Positions 25,159-38,600 of a DNA stretch of 64,000 bases are shown piece by piece. The DNA comes from Acanthaster planci (taxonomy: Eukaryota). The position numbers were made by a program, and so were the translations under genes. The DNA lies in NCBI RefSeq assembly GCF_001949145.1, contig NW_019091355.1, positions 2,131,107-2,195,106 of the forward strand, read 5' to 3'. The first letter of the stretch is position 1, and each line of letters opens with the position of its first letter. Below the pieces are notes generated by a model that saw only the letters and a list, made by a program, of their open reading frames with translations, had not been told where the DNA came from and did no database searches.

Positions 25159-25201
25159 TGCGTGTTCCGTAAATAGGTTTTACGTGAGTGAGTTTTCGTA
25201 G

Positions 25202-25280
25202 TGACGTCATGCACCGAGTGCCTGGCTTGCAGTCGGCCACAGACCTTCATTGGTCGCGGCCACAGACCTTCATTGGTCGA
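25202..25280 (-). promoter_or_regulatory. Putative promoter outside the right repeat arm
   Basis: CRE palindrome tgacgtca at 25202-25209; tandem duplication of cacagaccttcattggtcg giving two CCAAT boxes on -; CpG-rich. Confidence 0.4.
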
Positions 25281-25390
25281 ACTGAACATCACTGGTTCAC
25301 GACCACTAGGAAATGCACACTTCATGCTCGCGTCGCTACCAACAAATTGAGCATTCCCGAACACAGCTCTTTTTCAACCGATGAGGGGGT
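25273..25390 (+). repeat. Dispersed repeat (second copy 59372-59495, opposite strand)
   Basis: Shared ttttcaaccgatgagggggt, gaaatgcac and ggttcac in collinear order. Confidence 0.7.
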
Positions 25391-27871
25391 GTTTCTGCTC
25401 GTGTCGGATTGCAGGCGAATTAGATCATTAATCTGCAAAGCGTGCTGTGTCAAACTGACCATAATTTTACAAGTCCAAACATTTCAGCGGAGGCAATAGG
25501 GAGAATCGTGCCTAGTTTCTAATGCATGAGGGATACCAACTTATAATGGAGGGAGATATCAGCTTATAATGGAGGGAGATGTTTTGGAAAGAGCTATTCA
25601 AGGTCGGTCTCCACATCAGAAGAGAATTATTGTCGTGGAAATCATGAAATGATTTGAGAAGAAAACGAATTTTTGCTTTACCAATTTCTGAAATTCAATT
25701 AACCCAATTGTAAGGACAACTTTCAAATCAACTGCTAATCACTTTGAAGTTGCGGATACCAAGTTCATTCCGTTTTGTAATTCGCTGAATGTGTCATTTT
25801 GCTGACTTCATAACAAAGTTTTGCCTCAAATTGTCCAGAAGCCTTAGCAGCAAAAGCTTCCCTGTATAATTGATTAATAAAAAAGGGCTAAAAAATCCTA
25901 GCTTCTTTTAAAGCTTCCCATTTGGGGGATCGACAGGGCGTAGCCACTTCTACGTGCTGAATGCCATGACAGCTGTTCCACAAGAGATGCTGATGCGAGA
26001 TACTAGTTGCCCTAGTTTTAGGCAAACGCCTACAGTCTTGGGCCGCGAATTTCTTTTCCAAAAAATGATGAAATATTACCTCATCATGGGACCAACAGAA
26101 AAGTACTTCCATTCCATTAAAAGAAGATGTTGGGCGTCTTTCTCGCAGAGTTTAGCTTATGTGGCTGTCTTCTGACTGCTGCAGATATACTTGATATGGT
26201 ATCCTAGATTTACTAGGTACCCTTTGTACTGAGTACCCTAGGTAGGTACCTATAGGTATACTATTTACTAATTAAGATTATGGTAGCAATGGTATACACG
26301 TATGCGGCGGGGAAAGTTATAGTTAGTAATATTAACACCATTTTGCGACGTTACTCGTTTATGTAAATACTGCAGGCCCGTTGCCTGACTAGAGACTGGG
26401 GGGGGGTGTCAAACCCAAAAGTGGAACCTTTGGCACCTTCAACACGTATTTTTATACAAAGGCCTGTCATAATGTGCTTTGGAACACAACATCGAATGGT
26501 ATAAACATTGTTATTAAATATGTATTAAAAACTTAAACAAATACCAACGAGTGGAACTCAGAAGGGAACCCGACCCCCTCCATACGGCTTTATTCTATGT
26601 CGGATTAAATAACCATGTAAACAAGCAACCTTTCCCGAGGTTCCGTGCGCAGATCATATTTCTAACGGTCCTAGCATCGTTGCACTAAACCGTGCAAATG
26701 TGAAATACTGAGGTGCCACCTCACTGAAATAAGTTACCTGAACCAAACTTTGAAGATTTTACAGTTGCATCTTTTGGAAATTCTGGAACAATAATGGGGT
26801 TATGAAAACTGCAGTCCTGTTGTAAAAAGTGATTCAAGGCATTTTATTCGACAATCAGGAATAAAAGCACATCAGTTTTGTTTTGGAGGCTGGCATAGCG
26901 TACGTCATAAATAACATTCATTCTAGACTATCCAAATCTGTGTTTCAAACTGCCACATTATTTACAGACTCTAATTGTTCAAAGAACTTTTGATATTAAA
27001 ACTTGCCTCAAACTTGAGCTTGTCGTTTTTCACACATTTCGGCAAAGAATGAAACCAAATTGTACGATCGCAGAAACTACTGTAACCTCTTTACGGCAAC
27101 TATCGTGTAAACACTGACGTGGTTATTTTTCCAATTATAAAGAGAAATTTTATCACATATTACGCACAAATACACCATAGTGATTTCAGTTGAATTGAAA
27201 AGTCGAAGGAGGACCAAAGGATTTGGATGGACGTGCTGGTGAGGCATTAGCGATTCTGTAGTTCCGCCTTTATCGCATGATATTTATAGGTATGCGCTCA
27301 TTCGTGTGTGTACATAGAGCTTCTTGTAGATTTACCTTTTTTTATTGCAAGTTTGCAATCCATTAATACCCGTTACTTTGTTGTTTTGCTTTACGATTAA
27401 AGAACTAAGCTTCGGCAACACAAAATGAGGGTTCTGGTAATATTACATTGTTGAAATCAAATTTCGCAAAAGTTCAAAATATACAAAAAAAACTTGAGTG
27501 ACAGGAAAAAAAGAGGTTGTCGCGACGTGTGTCAACGTTGTTCTTACGTACGTCACACCCACCTGGCGGGCATTTCGCACGCGTTCTTGAAGAGGCATTG
27601 GTAAGATTGTAAATTGTGATAAGCTGTTTGTCGAAGAGGTATACGTGCACATGTGAGAACGGCAAGCGATCGGACGAACGTAATAATGGCTTCAACCGTT
27701 CATTTCTGAGGATGCAAGCTATTTAGATCGGATTTTTTCTATTTTTTTGTTAAATTTATGCACGACCCAGTACCGTCAGCTACGTTTAACCTGAAACACA
27801 GAGCTGGGGGAATTTTAATCTCAAAGAAAAGACCCACTGAAAGATATAATCTTATTTTGCCCTTCAAAATA

Positions 27872-28158
27872 TAGGATGTCCACATGAAAGGTATACCGAG
27901 ATAAAAGTACATAAAATGTCAGATGTGCATTGATAGGCATGGTGGCCACGTGGAGGGCACAGTTGTAACAGTGCCGATTTCAGTACCCTCAACGTAGGTC
28001 TAGTTTGTTCACTCAACTGTGTAAATTACATCACAAGCTATATACCATTACAGAGAGGACATTCTGCCCTTTGAGATATATTTGTCTTTTCCACAAATAA
28101 AGTAATTTTGCCATTAGAGTAATTTTCATCTCGGTACACTTTTTATATGGACACCCTG
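27872..28158. mobile_element. Non-autonomous Tc1/mariner-type element
   Basis: ~40-bp imperfect TIRs TA|taggatgtccacatgaaaggtataccgagat ... atctcggtacactttttatatggacaccctg|TA. Confidence 0.65.
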
Positions 28159-29328
28159 TATAGAAGAAATGTGGGTTTTCTTGTTGTCTTGGTGGCAAGT
28201 TGTCCCTTATCCTACGGTGTTTAGCTTTCCGGGGAGGTCACGTTGCTAACCTGCCGAATCGATGGCTTCCAAGTCACTGACATAATTATTTTTAACAATC
28301 AACGAACGCGATCTTTCGCTCTATTCAAAACTTGTTTTGCTGCCTTACTGCCGCACCGTGGATAAAGAAACTCCCAACTTCAATGTTCTCCTTCATTCTA
28401 ATCATCCTAATTAAGTTGAATTACAACCGATGAATTTTCCGCCTTATCAGCTAGCGCTTCCGGTCTAGTTAATACTATATTCCCGTAAACATTTATTACC
28501 AATAAAGTTTTATCAAGGGATTTGATGCCACGCACCGCCACCAGATGCAGCGACAGGTTGAGGTGGTATTTACACAATCGCAACCATTAAAGGCCTCATT
28601 TTCAGGCAGAATGTACCGTTTTCCAATGCATTGCATAATGCATTGTTTTTCCTACACCTAAGAATAAGTTCAGGAATAAATGAGCAATAGCCTACTGTAC
28701 GATGTTCAGTTTCTACAACTTTCAACTACTAAATTGAAATTATCCAATATGTCGATCAAAAATACTCAGAAATCAATGAAATCTTCAAAACTATTCCTTT
28801 GTATCACTGACGATTAGATATATCTACTTTAGTAATAACTGGACGCCTTAACGAGGCAGTGTTGCTTCCATTGCTAGCGCAGTGTACAAAATTATACGTG
28901 CACTGGTATCCATCCATACTTTGTGATAGTCTCTAAGCCGTAGTCTCTAAGCCGGTTCAGGTATTTGAAATAACTGTAATCTAAATATCCCTTGAAAATA
29001 TTTTGCGTACGTACGTATTTGTGAAAAAGTATTTTACAAATGAGTAGTCTTTGGAACCTCTGACAATCTTGTTGTTTGGAGCCCTTTTTTTAAGCTCTTG
29101 ACAAAGTCGTTGTTTATAGAAAGTGCTAATAATGGGATGCATTGTTTCTTACTGAATGGTTATGAGTCTGGTTCCCGGGCTCCAAACAGAACTAACAAAA
29201 AGTGAATCTGTTCATTGTTGTGGACATTTTTTATCTCATCACGGCACTTAATTAAAAGTTCTTTTAATTGGAATAATTAATTAACAGAATCGCTTAGTGG
29301 TTTCGTATATCGTAAAAGAATGCATTAA

Positions 29329-29678
29329 TTAACACTGTTTCAGTCGTAGCCTCCGCCTCAGCCACGGCAAGTAATTCTCTACCTTCGTGTAGACCGTAGG
29401 TATCGGCTTGTCGGGGGATCCGTTGCAGAAGTAGTTGTGGCCCCAGGACACGATGCCCCAAACCACCCAGCGACCCGACCTCTCCCGGCACATAAGCGGG
29501 CCGCCGCTGTCCCCCTTGCAGGCGTCGGTGCGGTGGTCCCCGGTCATGTATCCCGCGCACACCATGTTGTCCGTGTAGAGGCTGCCGTAGGCGTTCCGGC
29601 AGGACTTGGGCGGTAAGATGGGCAGTCGGGCCTCGTGGAGAACGGCTGGGTGCTGGGAGTTGAAGTAGGTGAGCGGAT
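29329..29678 (-). CDS. Serine protease exon 5 (catalytic Ser)
   Basis: ccacag|AT CCG; ...NMVCAGYMTGDHRTDACKGDSGGPLMC...WGIVSWGHNYFCNGSPDKPIPTVYTKVENYLPWLRRRLRLKQC*. Confidence 0.96.
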
Positions 29679-32600
29679 CTGTGGATATATCAGGTGGTAT
29701 ATCGGGTACAATTACAAGTAGGCCTACTGCAGGGCTACCTGCCTGACGTGTTCCGATGTGTATATTTCAGACCGAGAAAGAGATGCTTACCGGTAAAGCC
29801 CCAGCCGACGACGAAGCACCTATCGCCCGCCTTGAACATGTCCGGCTGGCCGGGCCGCTGCGGAGGCGGAAGGCAGACGGGATGGACGGCCGGACCCATC
29901 TTGACCTTCCGCCTGTCTGTCTTCAGCCGAATCAGGGCAACGTCGTCCTTGTAGTCTCCCCTCGGGATGTAGGCCTCGTGGATGTACACGCAGTCGATGC
30001 GGAACCGCTGCTCCGTGCCTTCCTTGGTCAGGCGGTCACGGTCACCTAGAATAACGACTACGTCATTGGGGTCATGTCTGCGGGGAAGGGGATAAACACA
30101 GACAGTTTATCTAGTCGGCCCTGTTATGTTCCCCTGGATGTTAGATTCTGCAACCAAATTTTCTCAGATTTAAAAAAAAAGACTATTTTGTCTTGAAATG
30201 AAGTTTCAGAGCTGTCTTAATTGCACGTATTCTGTATACTGGAGGTTTATCGTTTGTAGCAGGAAGAAAATAAAATCGCACGATACTTCAACCCTGACAT
30301 CAACAAGCCAGTTCAGCATTCAGAAAAGAAAGAAAGAAAAGCATGATCATTCGGGAACAAAGCACGCCCGCGAGTCCGCGCTGATAAGGTAGAACTCGCG
30401 CCTACCGGTACGTCCCAATGACCTTAGACGCTTTTTATTTTGGGCAGGTGCTGTTGGAATATCGAACTGGCCCATTCAAACGGTGCAACAGGAACCACAG
30501 TAGGATATTTTCCAACACACGCATGGCATAGATACCAGTGTTTATGAAATTTGATGCATCTGTGGTTACCCGTTACCAATTTCGGTTCATTGGTACGCGA
30601 TACTATACCCGTAATCGATGGGGCATTAATGATCGGCCAGTGTCAAACGGTAATTTTGACTGCAAGAACGACTTTGTTAGCATCGACGTCTGGGTAGGGC
30701 CCGCGGCAAACAACCGAATAGACCCGCGCCAGATCCCCCCTGAATATGTCTACGCGAATTCAATTAACCGCAGTACGCGGTGAAGACGTGCCATTAGATT
30801 CCCGAGAAACAACTTGCGACAACTCACCATGTTTTTGCTTTGAAAAATAAATCAATTAACGATCCATTTGACATTCAGATTCCTGTTTTCTTTCTCGGAG
30901 CCAAACACAATCGGTATTGAACGAGATATCGCATTTCTAAACACGCTGCGTTTTTATTCGATTTAGAAACACTGAACTCGTACAACATAACCACAACCGA
31001 TGTTTTCCAGTTGTATGCGCCGATCTTAAATATCTTGTGCTAGTACTGTAGCTTTTTTTTCTGTAAATAGTCTTTGGCGAGACTCCATTTCTTGAAACCT
31101 TTTGCATGCTCTTCCAGTTGAGAAAAAGCATATTCATGTTTCTTATGTGGATATCGCTCAATTTCAAAGGGCATGTTGACATTTGGCCCACTCCTTCCCA
31201 ATCCCCCGAGAAGCAGCGATTTTCTCTCAATAGTTGTCGAAGGCCTATAGGTACTTTCCCGAACACTTTTACCCCAAATTCACAGCTGCAAACTTAAGCG
31301 TGTGAGAGGAGGTCGGAATCTTATCGTGTTTACGAGTCCCCTGATTGGTCAAGATCTGGAGGTCAAGCTACCGAAATCATTTGCATACAAATTTTACCTC
31401 AAATCTGCCCTGAATATACAGCACTACCCAATAATTACCATACTCTAACCTGTCGAAGCAGTGGGCAGCAGTCAACACGAACTCTCCACTGAGTAAGGTA
31501 CCCCCGCAGTACGGCTGTGGGGCTCCCATCTCCGACAACTGAACAAGCCATGGCCATCTGCCCTCGCGTGCCTTTCGACCGAGTACCACCCGCTTTGTCA
31601 TGCTGGGCTCCATGTCTCTACGCCCGCATGTTTCTGAGAGACAAAAGATGGCGTACAGATATTGGAATTAATGAAAAATTACATTAATAAACTTCAGCTA
31701 TTAAATCCTAGTTTTTGATATATAGGTCCAGTGTCTGCATAGTTTTGCTTGCTACATGTACGTAGTGGGAAACTTTGGGACGCTTGGTGGAGACAAACAT
31801 ACCGGTCCTGTTTACCTGCTCTGAGCATGTGCGTGTTGTTCTGGGCATGCGTGCATAGTTCTAAGCACGCGCAATACCTTAAAAAGGACCGGCATTTCTG
31901 CTGCCACCAGCATTTCAAAGTCTCCCTTTGTATACATACACCTTAATCCGGAGCCAATGGTCAACCGCCAAGATTGACTTCTCAATAAATCGACGGAAAA
32001 AAACAACTGGCAAAGACAAACTTCATCACAAAATAAGAATTAACACTCTTTAGTTTATGGAGGTGTTTAGGCACAGAGGACATAAAAAATAATTATGTTT
32101 CCATCGTATCGCGTATAGAACGCGATCCATTTGATTCTACAAGCTATCCTCCATCCACTGTGAAATTTACCGTGCATAAAAAGGATTTACCACCCGTAAA
32201 TCACCCTGAACATTCTGACATTCTAGAAAATGAAGACAGGAGGAAATTAGGTGCGTAGATACCACAGACCATGGGCTTGGAGTACCGATCCAAGCGATAA
32301 TGCACCTGGTAAGGTGTCAGGGGACAGACAGCCGAAATACGAGATAGACCCACCGCCTGTCCTTCGAAACTGTAACCGTTTTTAATATCCGCTCCACGCG
32401 AAGCGTGCGTGCAAAAAGTCTATTCCCCCGACTCCTTCCCCTCATCTCATACAGTGGCTCTTTTGTCCCGGTTTTTTTTTTAGGTTCAGTGGGAGGCTTC
32501 TGTAAATACAGGCGCCGGCAGGTGTAAGCCTCCACGATATTGCTTAAGGGACTTGGGGCCTCCTTTTCGCCCCATCTTACTCCTCCTGGAAGCTCTCCAA

Positions 32601-35600
32601 ATCAGGACGGGCAATTTCACATAGTGTGGTCATCATCGAGACTCCGTGAGCTCAAGGAGTCGATAGGGGAGTGCATTTTGTCCTTCTCTTCAAGGAATGA
32701 TTTTTTTGGAGGGGGAGGTTGAAGAACGCAGACTTTGAAAATGGAAGAGAGGTTGTGAGAGAATGCTATTCACCCTGGTGAGGGGGAGGTTTGCCTCCGA
32801 CGGGCAGAAGGAAGTGGTTGTAGCGGTCGACGCACCCACTCTGGCAAATATTTCCATTTTCAACAAAAACTGAGGGTTAAGTTAATTTTATTGCCACTTT
32901 TTAATCATAGAAATAATGTTTAGCTTTTCGTAAGCTGGTGGGTAGTGTAACATGAAACCATGATGTTACCATGAATGAATAGGTCGCGCATTTCCAGCAC
33001 CCTATCTGTTGTGATTCTTTCATTACGTAGTCAGTCGATATTGTTAATACAAATGGAATACAAATATGGGCCTTTTTCCGCGGGCCGTGACTGAACAGAC
33101 GGACGGTGATTACAAAGGCGCCAGAGGGCTCTGACGGATTGCTGGTCATTCGGGGACGTGCGAAATAGGGCCCGTCTCCTTCCTTCTCAATCCATCTGAA
33201 TTCCCATTTGGTATACGAACCTCGTTGAAAACTGAACGCCACTTGGGCAAGCTTTGGCTTGCATGCGCTTTTGGGTACAAATCGATGCTGACCTAAACTG
33301 TGTCCAAATTACACGGCTTCGGCTTTGAGATTACACAAGAGTCTATGGTAGTGGCTACACTCACTTTCCATAGAGGTGTATGTTATTACAGCCGCAGCCA
33401 AGTATTTGGACACGGCCCTCCACAGGTACAAAAAGCAGGGCGCTATAACAATGAAATTTAGGGAGATAAACACAAATCACTTTGCTCAGTAAAACCGACA
33501 TGATATACCGGTATCGCAGAGTTGCTCTTTTAAATCAGAAAAGGGCTACAGGCAAACAAAGTTATTCTTTTGTTCTTATTTATTAACTGAACATTATATT
33601 AGCTAAATGCAAGGTACATAATACATGCCCGCTGCGTTTAAAAAGGAGGTAAATTTTTTGTCACATTTGACAGGGTTGAATGCTATGAGTGGGCGTGCGA
33701 ATCCTTCGTCTTTCCCAAGCATTCTTTGGATGCCCATTCAACATACGAACGTCTCATCCAAGGTAATTCCAGGACAGCTTGGATTCAAATAATATAGGCC
33801 CACGACCGACGAGATCTCGAAACAGGCTGAAGAGCCTTTCCTCGACAGGGTAGAGCAGTCTTGGGGGACCGCAACATCACGACGAGGGAGGAGGTTTGGA
33901 GACTTCTTGAAGAGCAGCTAAGGTTGCATCCCTCCTTATTTACCACTGCAATCTTGACGGCTGCTTAGATTTCTAGTCAATGGCGTAAAGAAGGTCACGT
34001 GATAGCGACCAAACGAAACACGCTCTCCACATGCGTAGTTGCGCACGCACGGTTAACATTATAATGTCGCAAATAAAGAGGTTTGAAAATCATACCACAA
34101 TTTCCAGTAATTTTACAATCTGAGCGAATTCCTCCATTTAATCAATTCACACGGTGAATGCGAGTTGTGAAACATAATTAACGAACTAAGTGCTGTTTTC
34201 GGTTTTTCCCTTTTGCTGACGTCCGTAGGTTAAAAGTATGATCACGAACCGCAACGTGCATGACGCAATACAAATAGATGGAATTACTAAGATCGTTCAC
34301 GAAAGTGATGAAATCGGAGACATAGACTGATTTCCCCCTTCGTTTTATCGATTACCTCCACTCACTAATAAGCTAGGTTGTTTGAGCGTCATCAATCACT
34401 GTACAACGTTAATAGAGTAATGTGCTGCCCAGAAATTTAAAGGTCGCGATGGAGACTTGTTCACTAGTTCTTCAGAATGTAATGTTTCAAATGTAAAAAC
34501 GTTATTGGTATACATTGTGAAATGTATTTGATAATAAAGTACAAGCTAGTTTGCACTGAGGCAGCCTATTAATGTTCCAGAAAAACGAAAGAAAGATTAA
34601 AAATACAAAAAAACCCCAAATATACTGACCCACGGAAGGGGAATTTCGTCTCATTTCTAGTATCAAATAACCTTTTCAACTAAATTATCCTGTATTTGTA
34701 AATTTTGAAAAACCGCAGATTTGGTATGCATGACTCTACGTAGACTGAATCGCAGAGAATAGGCCTAGGCTATACTTAATCCTATATCAACTGATGTATT
34801 GATGTGTATCCACATAATAGCATATTATATTATATTATTCAAAGAAGAGTATACGAGGCTCAACTGGGAACACACTATGTGAATGAACAACGATCGTATG
34901 CTGTCTGTGACGTGTGTATGCCCTTGTGATTTTGCTCTTAGGATTCAAAAACAATATTAGGGCCAATTTGACCACCCGTAATGTTTCATGACGTCATCTC
35001 ACATTAAACATGTTTTCAACTTAAGTTTGAAAACTGAAGCAGTCGCAAATGATCAAATGTGACAATCTGTCGTGTCTTGTTCAAATCAGATACTCTCAGG
35101 TGCTCTGTAAAGTTATTGAAAAAAACAAACGAGGATGCGTGTCCATACATGCGTTCGTCAGTGCCAGAAAAGCAATTTCCATATTTCAAGTCTCATTAGT
35201 TTGAGAGTCTGAAATTGAAGCGACCACAATCAATTATTGTTTTGTTTGGTTTAGTAAATCCAATACTTTGGGAAACTGCCCAGCGCCTCGACACCAGATA
35301 ATTGTATTGTCTGCCCTAAACTGATGTTAATTGCTCGGAGAAATGGAACTGAAGTTTGTTTTAGCTGTATGAGGAGCGTTGCATAACTTCTGCGGGTCAG
35401 GAAGTGCAAGTAGCAATTCTTGAAATACTATTTGCTAACGTTGCTGGCGATTTTTCATTTCCTATACGGAGCCGAGTGATAAATGAACAGTCTTTTTCAA
35501 GCATCACCATGGAGAAACCGGGGGACTCCGATGTTCTGGCGAGGCGCATGTAGTTACCGCGGTAGATGGAGTATGCGCGGTACCAGTGTGGCGTACAGGA

Positions 35601-38600
35601 ATGCTGTGCCTTCACGGATAGCTGAATTTCGCAGCGCCCTATCCCGGGCCAGAGGCGAGAAGATTGCTGTCACTTTATCAAAAGCCCAGCCATCAGAAAC
35701 GCCCTGTGGACGTCGAGTTTCGCCAAAACGAACGACTTATTTCAATATGACAAGGCCTTAAAGGTACAGAAACAATAACACAAGATTGATTCCGTGAATT
35801 TGCACGGTATTCTTTCTTCATATACGGAAGACTAAACCTTAGTTATCAGCCAAAATTTGCCCATACACCGACAAAGCACAAAGATGCTAAAGTTTCATCA
35901 ACTTCGACAAAGAATATCAGAAAAATAGGTGGAAGACTGTGGTCGGCCTCACGTGGTCCAATCGCAATAAACTCTGAATTTTTTAATAGAAATTCTTGCC
36001 CCAAGATGCATTGTTCTAGTCCTATTATTTAAATTGTGGTGTGCGTGCCCTTGGACAAGTCACTTTTCTGCTACTTTTCCAACCGATCTATTAATTGTCC
36101 TGTTATAATTCTCAAAGCCTAAATTACAAGCCCATACAAGTGAGTGGTCTTTACAGTAGTTTCGCTGCTCTAGAGAAAGTCCAATTTTAATGTAGCATAC
36201 CCAGCGCTGTGCCTGTACAAGAGGAGGGTCAGTATCGAAGGCTATCCACGGACCAGGAATGACATGCAGTGGGTAAAAATGGTATTCAAAGAACCTTGTT
36301 TGAAACGCTATAAATAATATGACATTTACACTTGCTAAGTAACTTGGTACAGTGTTGGACTAAGCGGAATAAAGATGTGGGCATGTTGCGTACACTGTTC
36401 TGCTTTTCGTTGATGATGGATGATGACAAACTTAACCCTAACCTCTAAGGTGAATGTAAAACCATATCGAAATCGGAGGATTGGGGACTGTTAGGGTTAT
36501 TAGTAGATTTCGTTCTATGTAAAAAAAAACAGCTGTGAGACCGTTTTCAGCGAGTTACATGCCCGAATTTTTTTTTTTTAGTTTGATGCTCTTCGCACCG
36601 TATATGAAGTGATTAACATATACAGGTTTCACGGTGAGTCGTGAATGTTGGCGATAATGCCTTTGTCGTGGATATTCATTTAATACCTGGAGATATTCCA
36701 CAACGAAAATTAGGCCACCATCGTCAGATCTCATTTACGTCACAGGCAGCATCTCCAAGGTAATTTGTTTCGACAGCAGTATCCAAATCGTCTCAGGAAA
36801 ATGTTTTAATTTCAGGCGAACGCGGCGGGAAAATTCGCAAGGGAAGCCCATCTTCGCCTTTCATGAGGCCAGCACTCGGCGGTCGATCGCGGAGTTTTTG
36901 CCGCGCACAATCGCAAACATTGTTCCCGGGAGTGTCCTGGACAAACCCGGGGTAAATTGGCCCGGTAATTGGAAGTGGCGGGCCCACAATCACATTACAG
37001 CGGCGGGTGATGTTTGCCCACGTAATGCGATCGGGCGCTCGAATTCGTCGTTTATCTCAATGAAAGACGGATGGCTGCGGACGCGGCTTGTCATGGATGG
37101 AACAGCACACTGCCAAGAAGACGCGGATAACATTTTTGCTGCGGCAGGAAGGACTGCCGCATACCATTTCCGAGGTTTAATGGCTCATTTCTTGCCAGCA
37201 GACATGATTCCTCCCTGCATGCACTGCACTGGCGGCGTGCCGCCCGCAAAATGTAACAATAGTATTGCTGTGTTTAACATTTTAAGGTATTTTCAGTTTG
37301 TAAATATTGAGGATTCTATCCACGTGTCACCGCATGGACATTCTCAATGGCTCAATTTGTAATGGTGTCAAAACAAGCATTGCTTGGGTTTTTGTCACTG
37401 TCACAGAACAGTGGCTACATACAGCAGTCATCACAACTCCGCCATCAGCGGAGCTGCAAAGAGCATTGCCACAGTCATCGGATTCGTCTATGTAGGCTAG
37501 TGATTTCTATAAAACACTTCAAAATAGGTTTTCTTTTGTCAAAAGGCAAAACACGTCTTTTGTCGCCATGTTGTCAGTTCCTTTTGTTTCCTTGTTCTGT
37601 TATTGGCTGAAACAAGCAGGTGTAAAAATTAATTACGCGGCTGGGGGCATATACCGGTATATCTTGTGACTTGAAAATAACCGACAATTCCAATGCGGCT
37701 AGTTATGGAAGTGATAGTCCAAGTGTAGATTTGGCAAGTTTTTTTTTATTGGGAAGATCAGTATTGTTTTGAATTTGATATAAAAACACCTTTGAATTCA
37801 TCAATTTCTTCAATCGAAACTCCAAGAATCTAAAAAGGCTCACCAAAAAAACGCTCGCTGAGGGTTCTTTCTATAGTGTTCCTGAAATATACGTGCCTCA
37901 AGGGCCCTTTTTGGTGAAGCCCTCGTCCCTTCTTCGAATTAAGCGGTCGGCTGGTGCACACACATTCATGGTCATTTTGATGCGGAGAACGGGTTTCCTT
38001 TGTTGAATTTATCAAAGCAACATTGTATTTTCACGGCTGATTGGGCTGAAATCCAGTGAAGGAGATGGAACAATACTCTCTCTGCTGCGTAGGCCAACAG
38101 AGCGCTATTCTCCTGTGTTGAAATCGCTTTCCCTCCACGGCCCCTTCTGTTGGAACATCGTCGTCGGCACTGTGGGGCCAACCACGGTTTCATTTGTCAG
38201 CGATATGTCACCACTATGAATTATTCCATCGTGTGTGATAATCCTGTCAGATTTGTGTCACTGCTTTTTAGAAGGCATGGTAATATGCATTCCTGCATGA
38301 AAGCCACGTTTTGTATGTCATCTACCCGCATTACGCTAGGACGGTGACACAATTTCGTGTCCTTTTGGCGTCAGTATTCAAGATAACACTGTGGTAAAGG
38401 CCAACATAGCACCCAGCATGAGACAAACATATCAACTCATTATTATTTTAATATCTAATGTCTTTACATCGTGGTACTTAAATTTACAGTTCACAGTTTT
38501 TGTTTAGAGTTGTGTCCTACCTAATCGAAGTGTGCATAATGGTGACGGCTGATCTCTTTCAAATACTCTGACAGAAACGTATACGCCGCAAATTATTATG

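Noticed and set aside
32190..32860. Additional protease exons in intron 2
   Set aside because: Some AG/GT signals exist but the frames contain stops or lack protein-like character, and exon 2 already joins exon 3 in phase.
36898..37362. 154-aa ORF in protease intron 2
   Set aside because: Non-ATG start, no recognisable motif and no convincing splice context.
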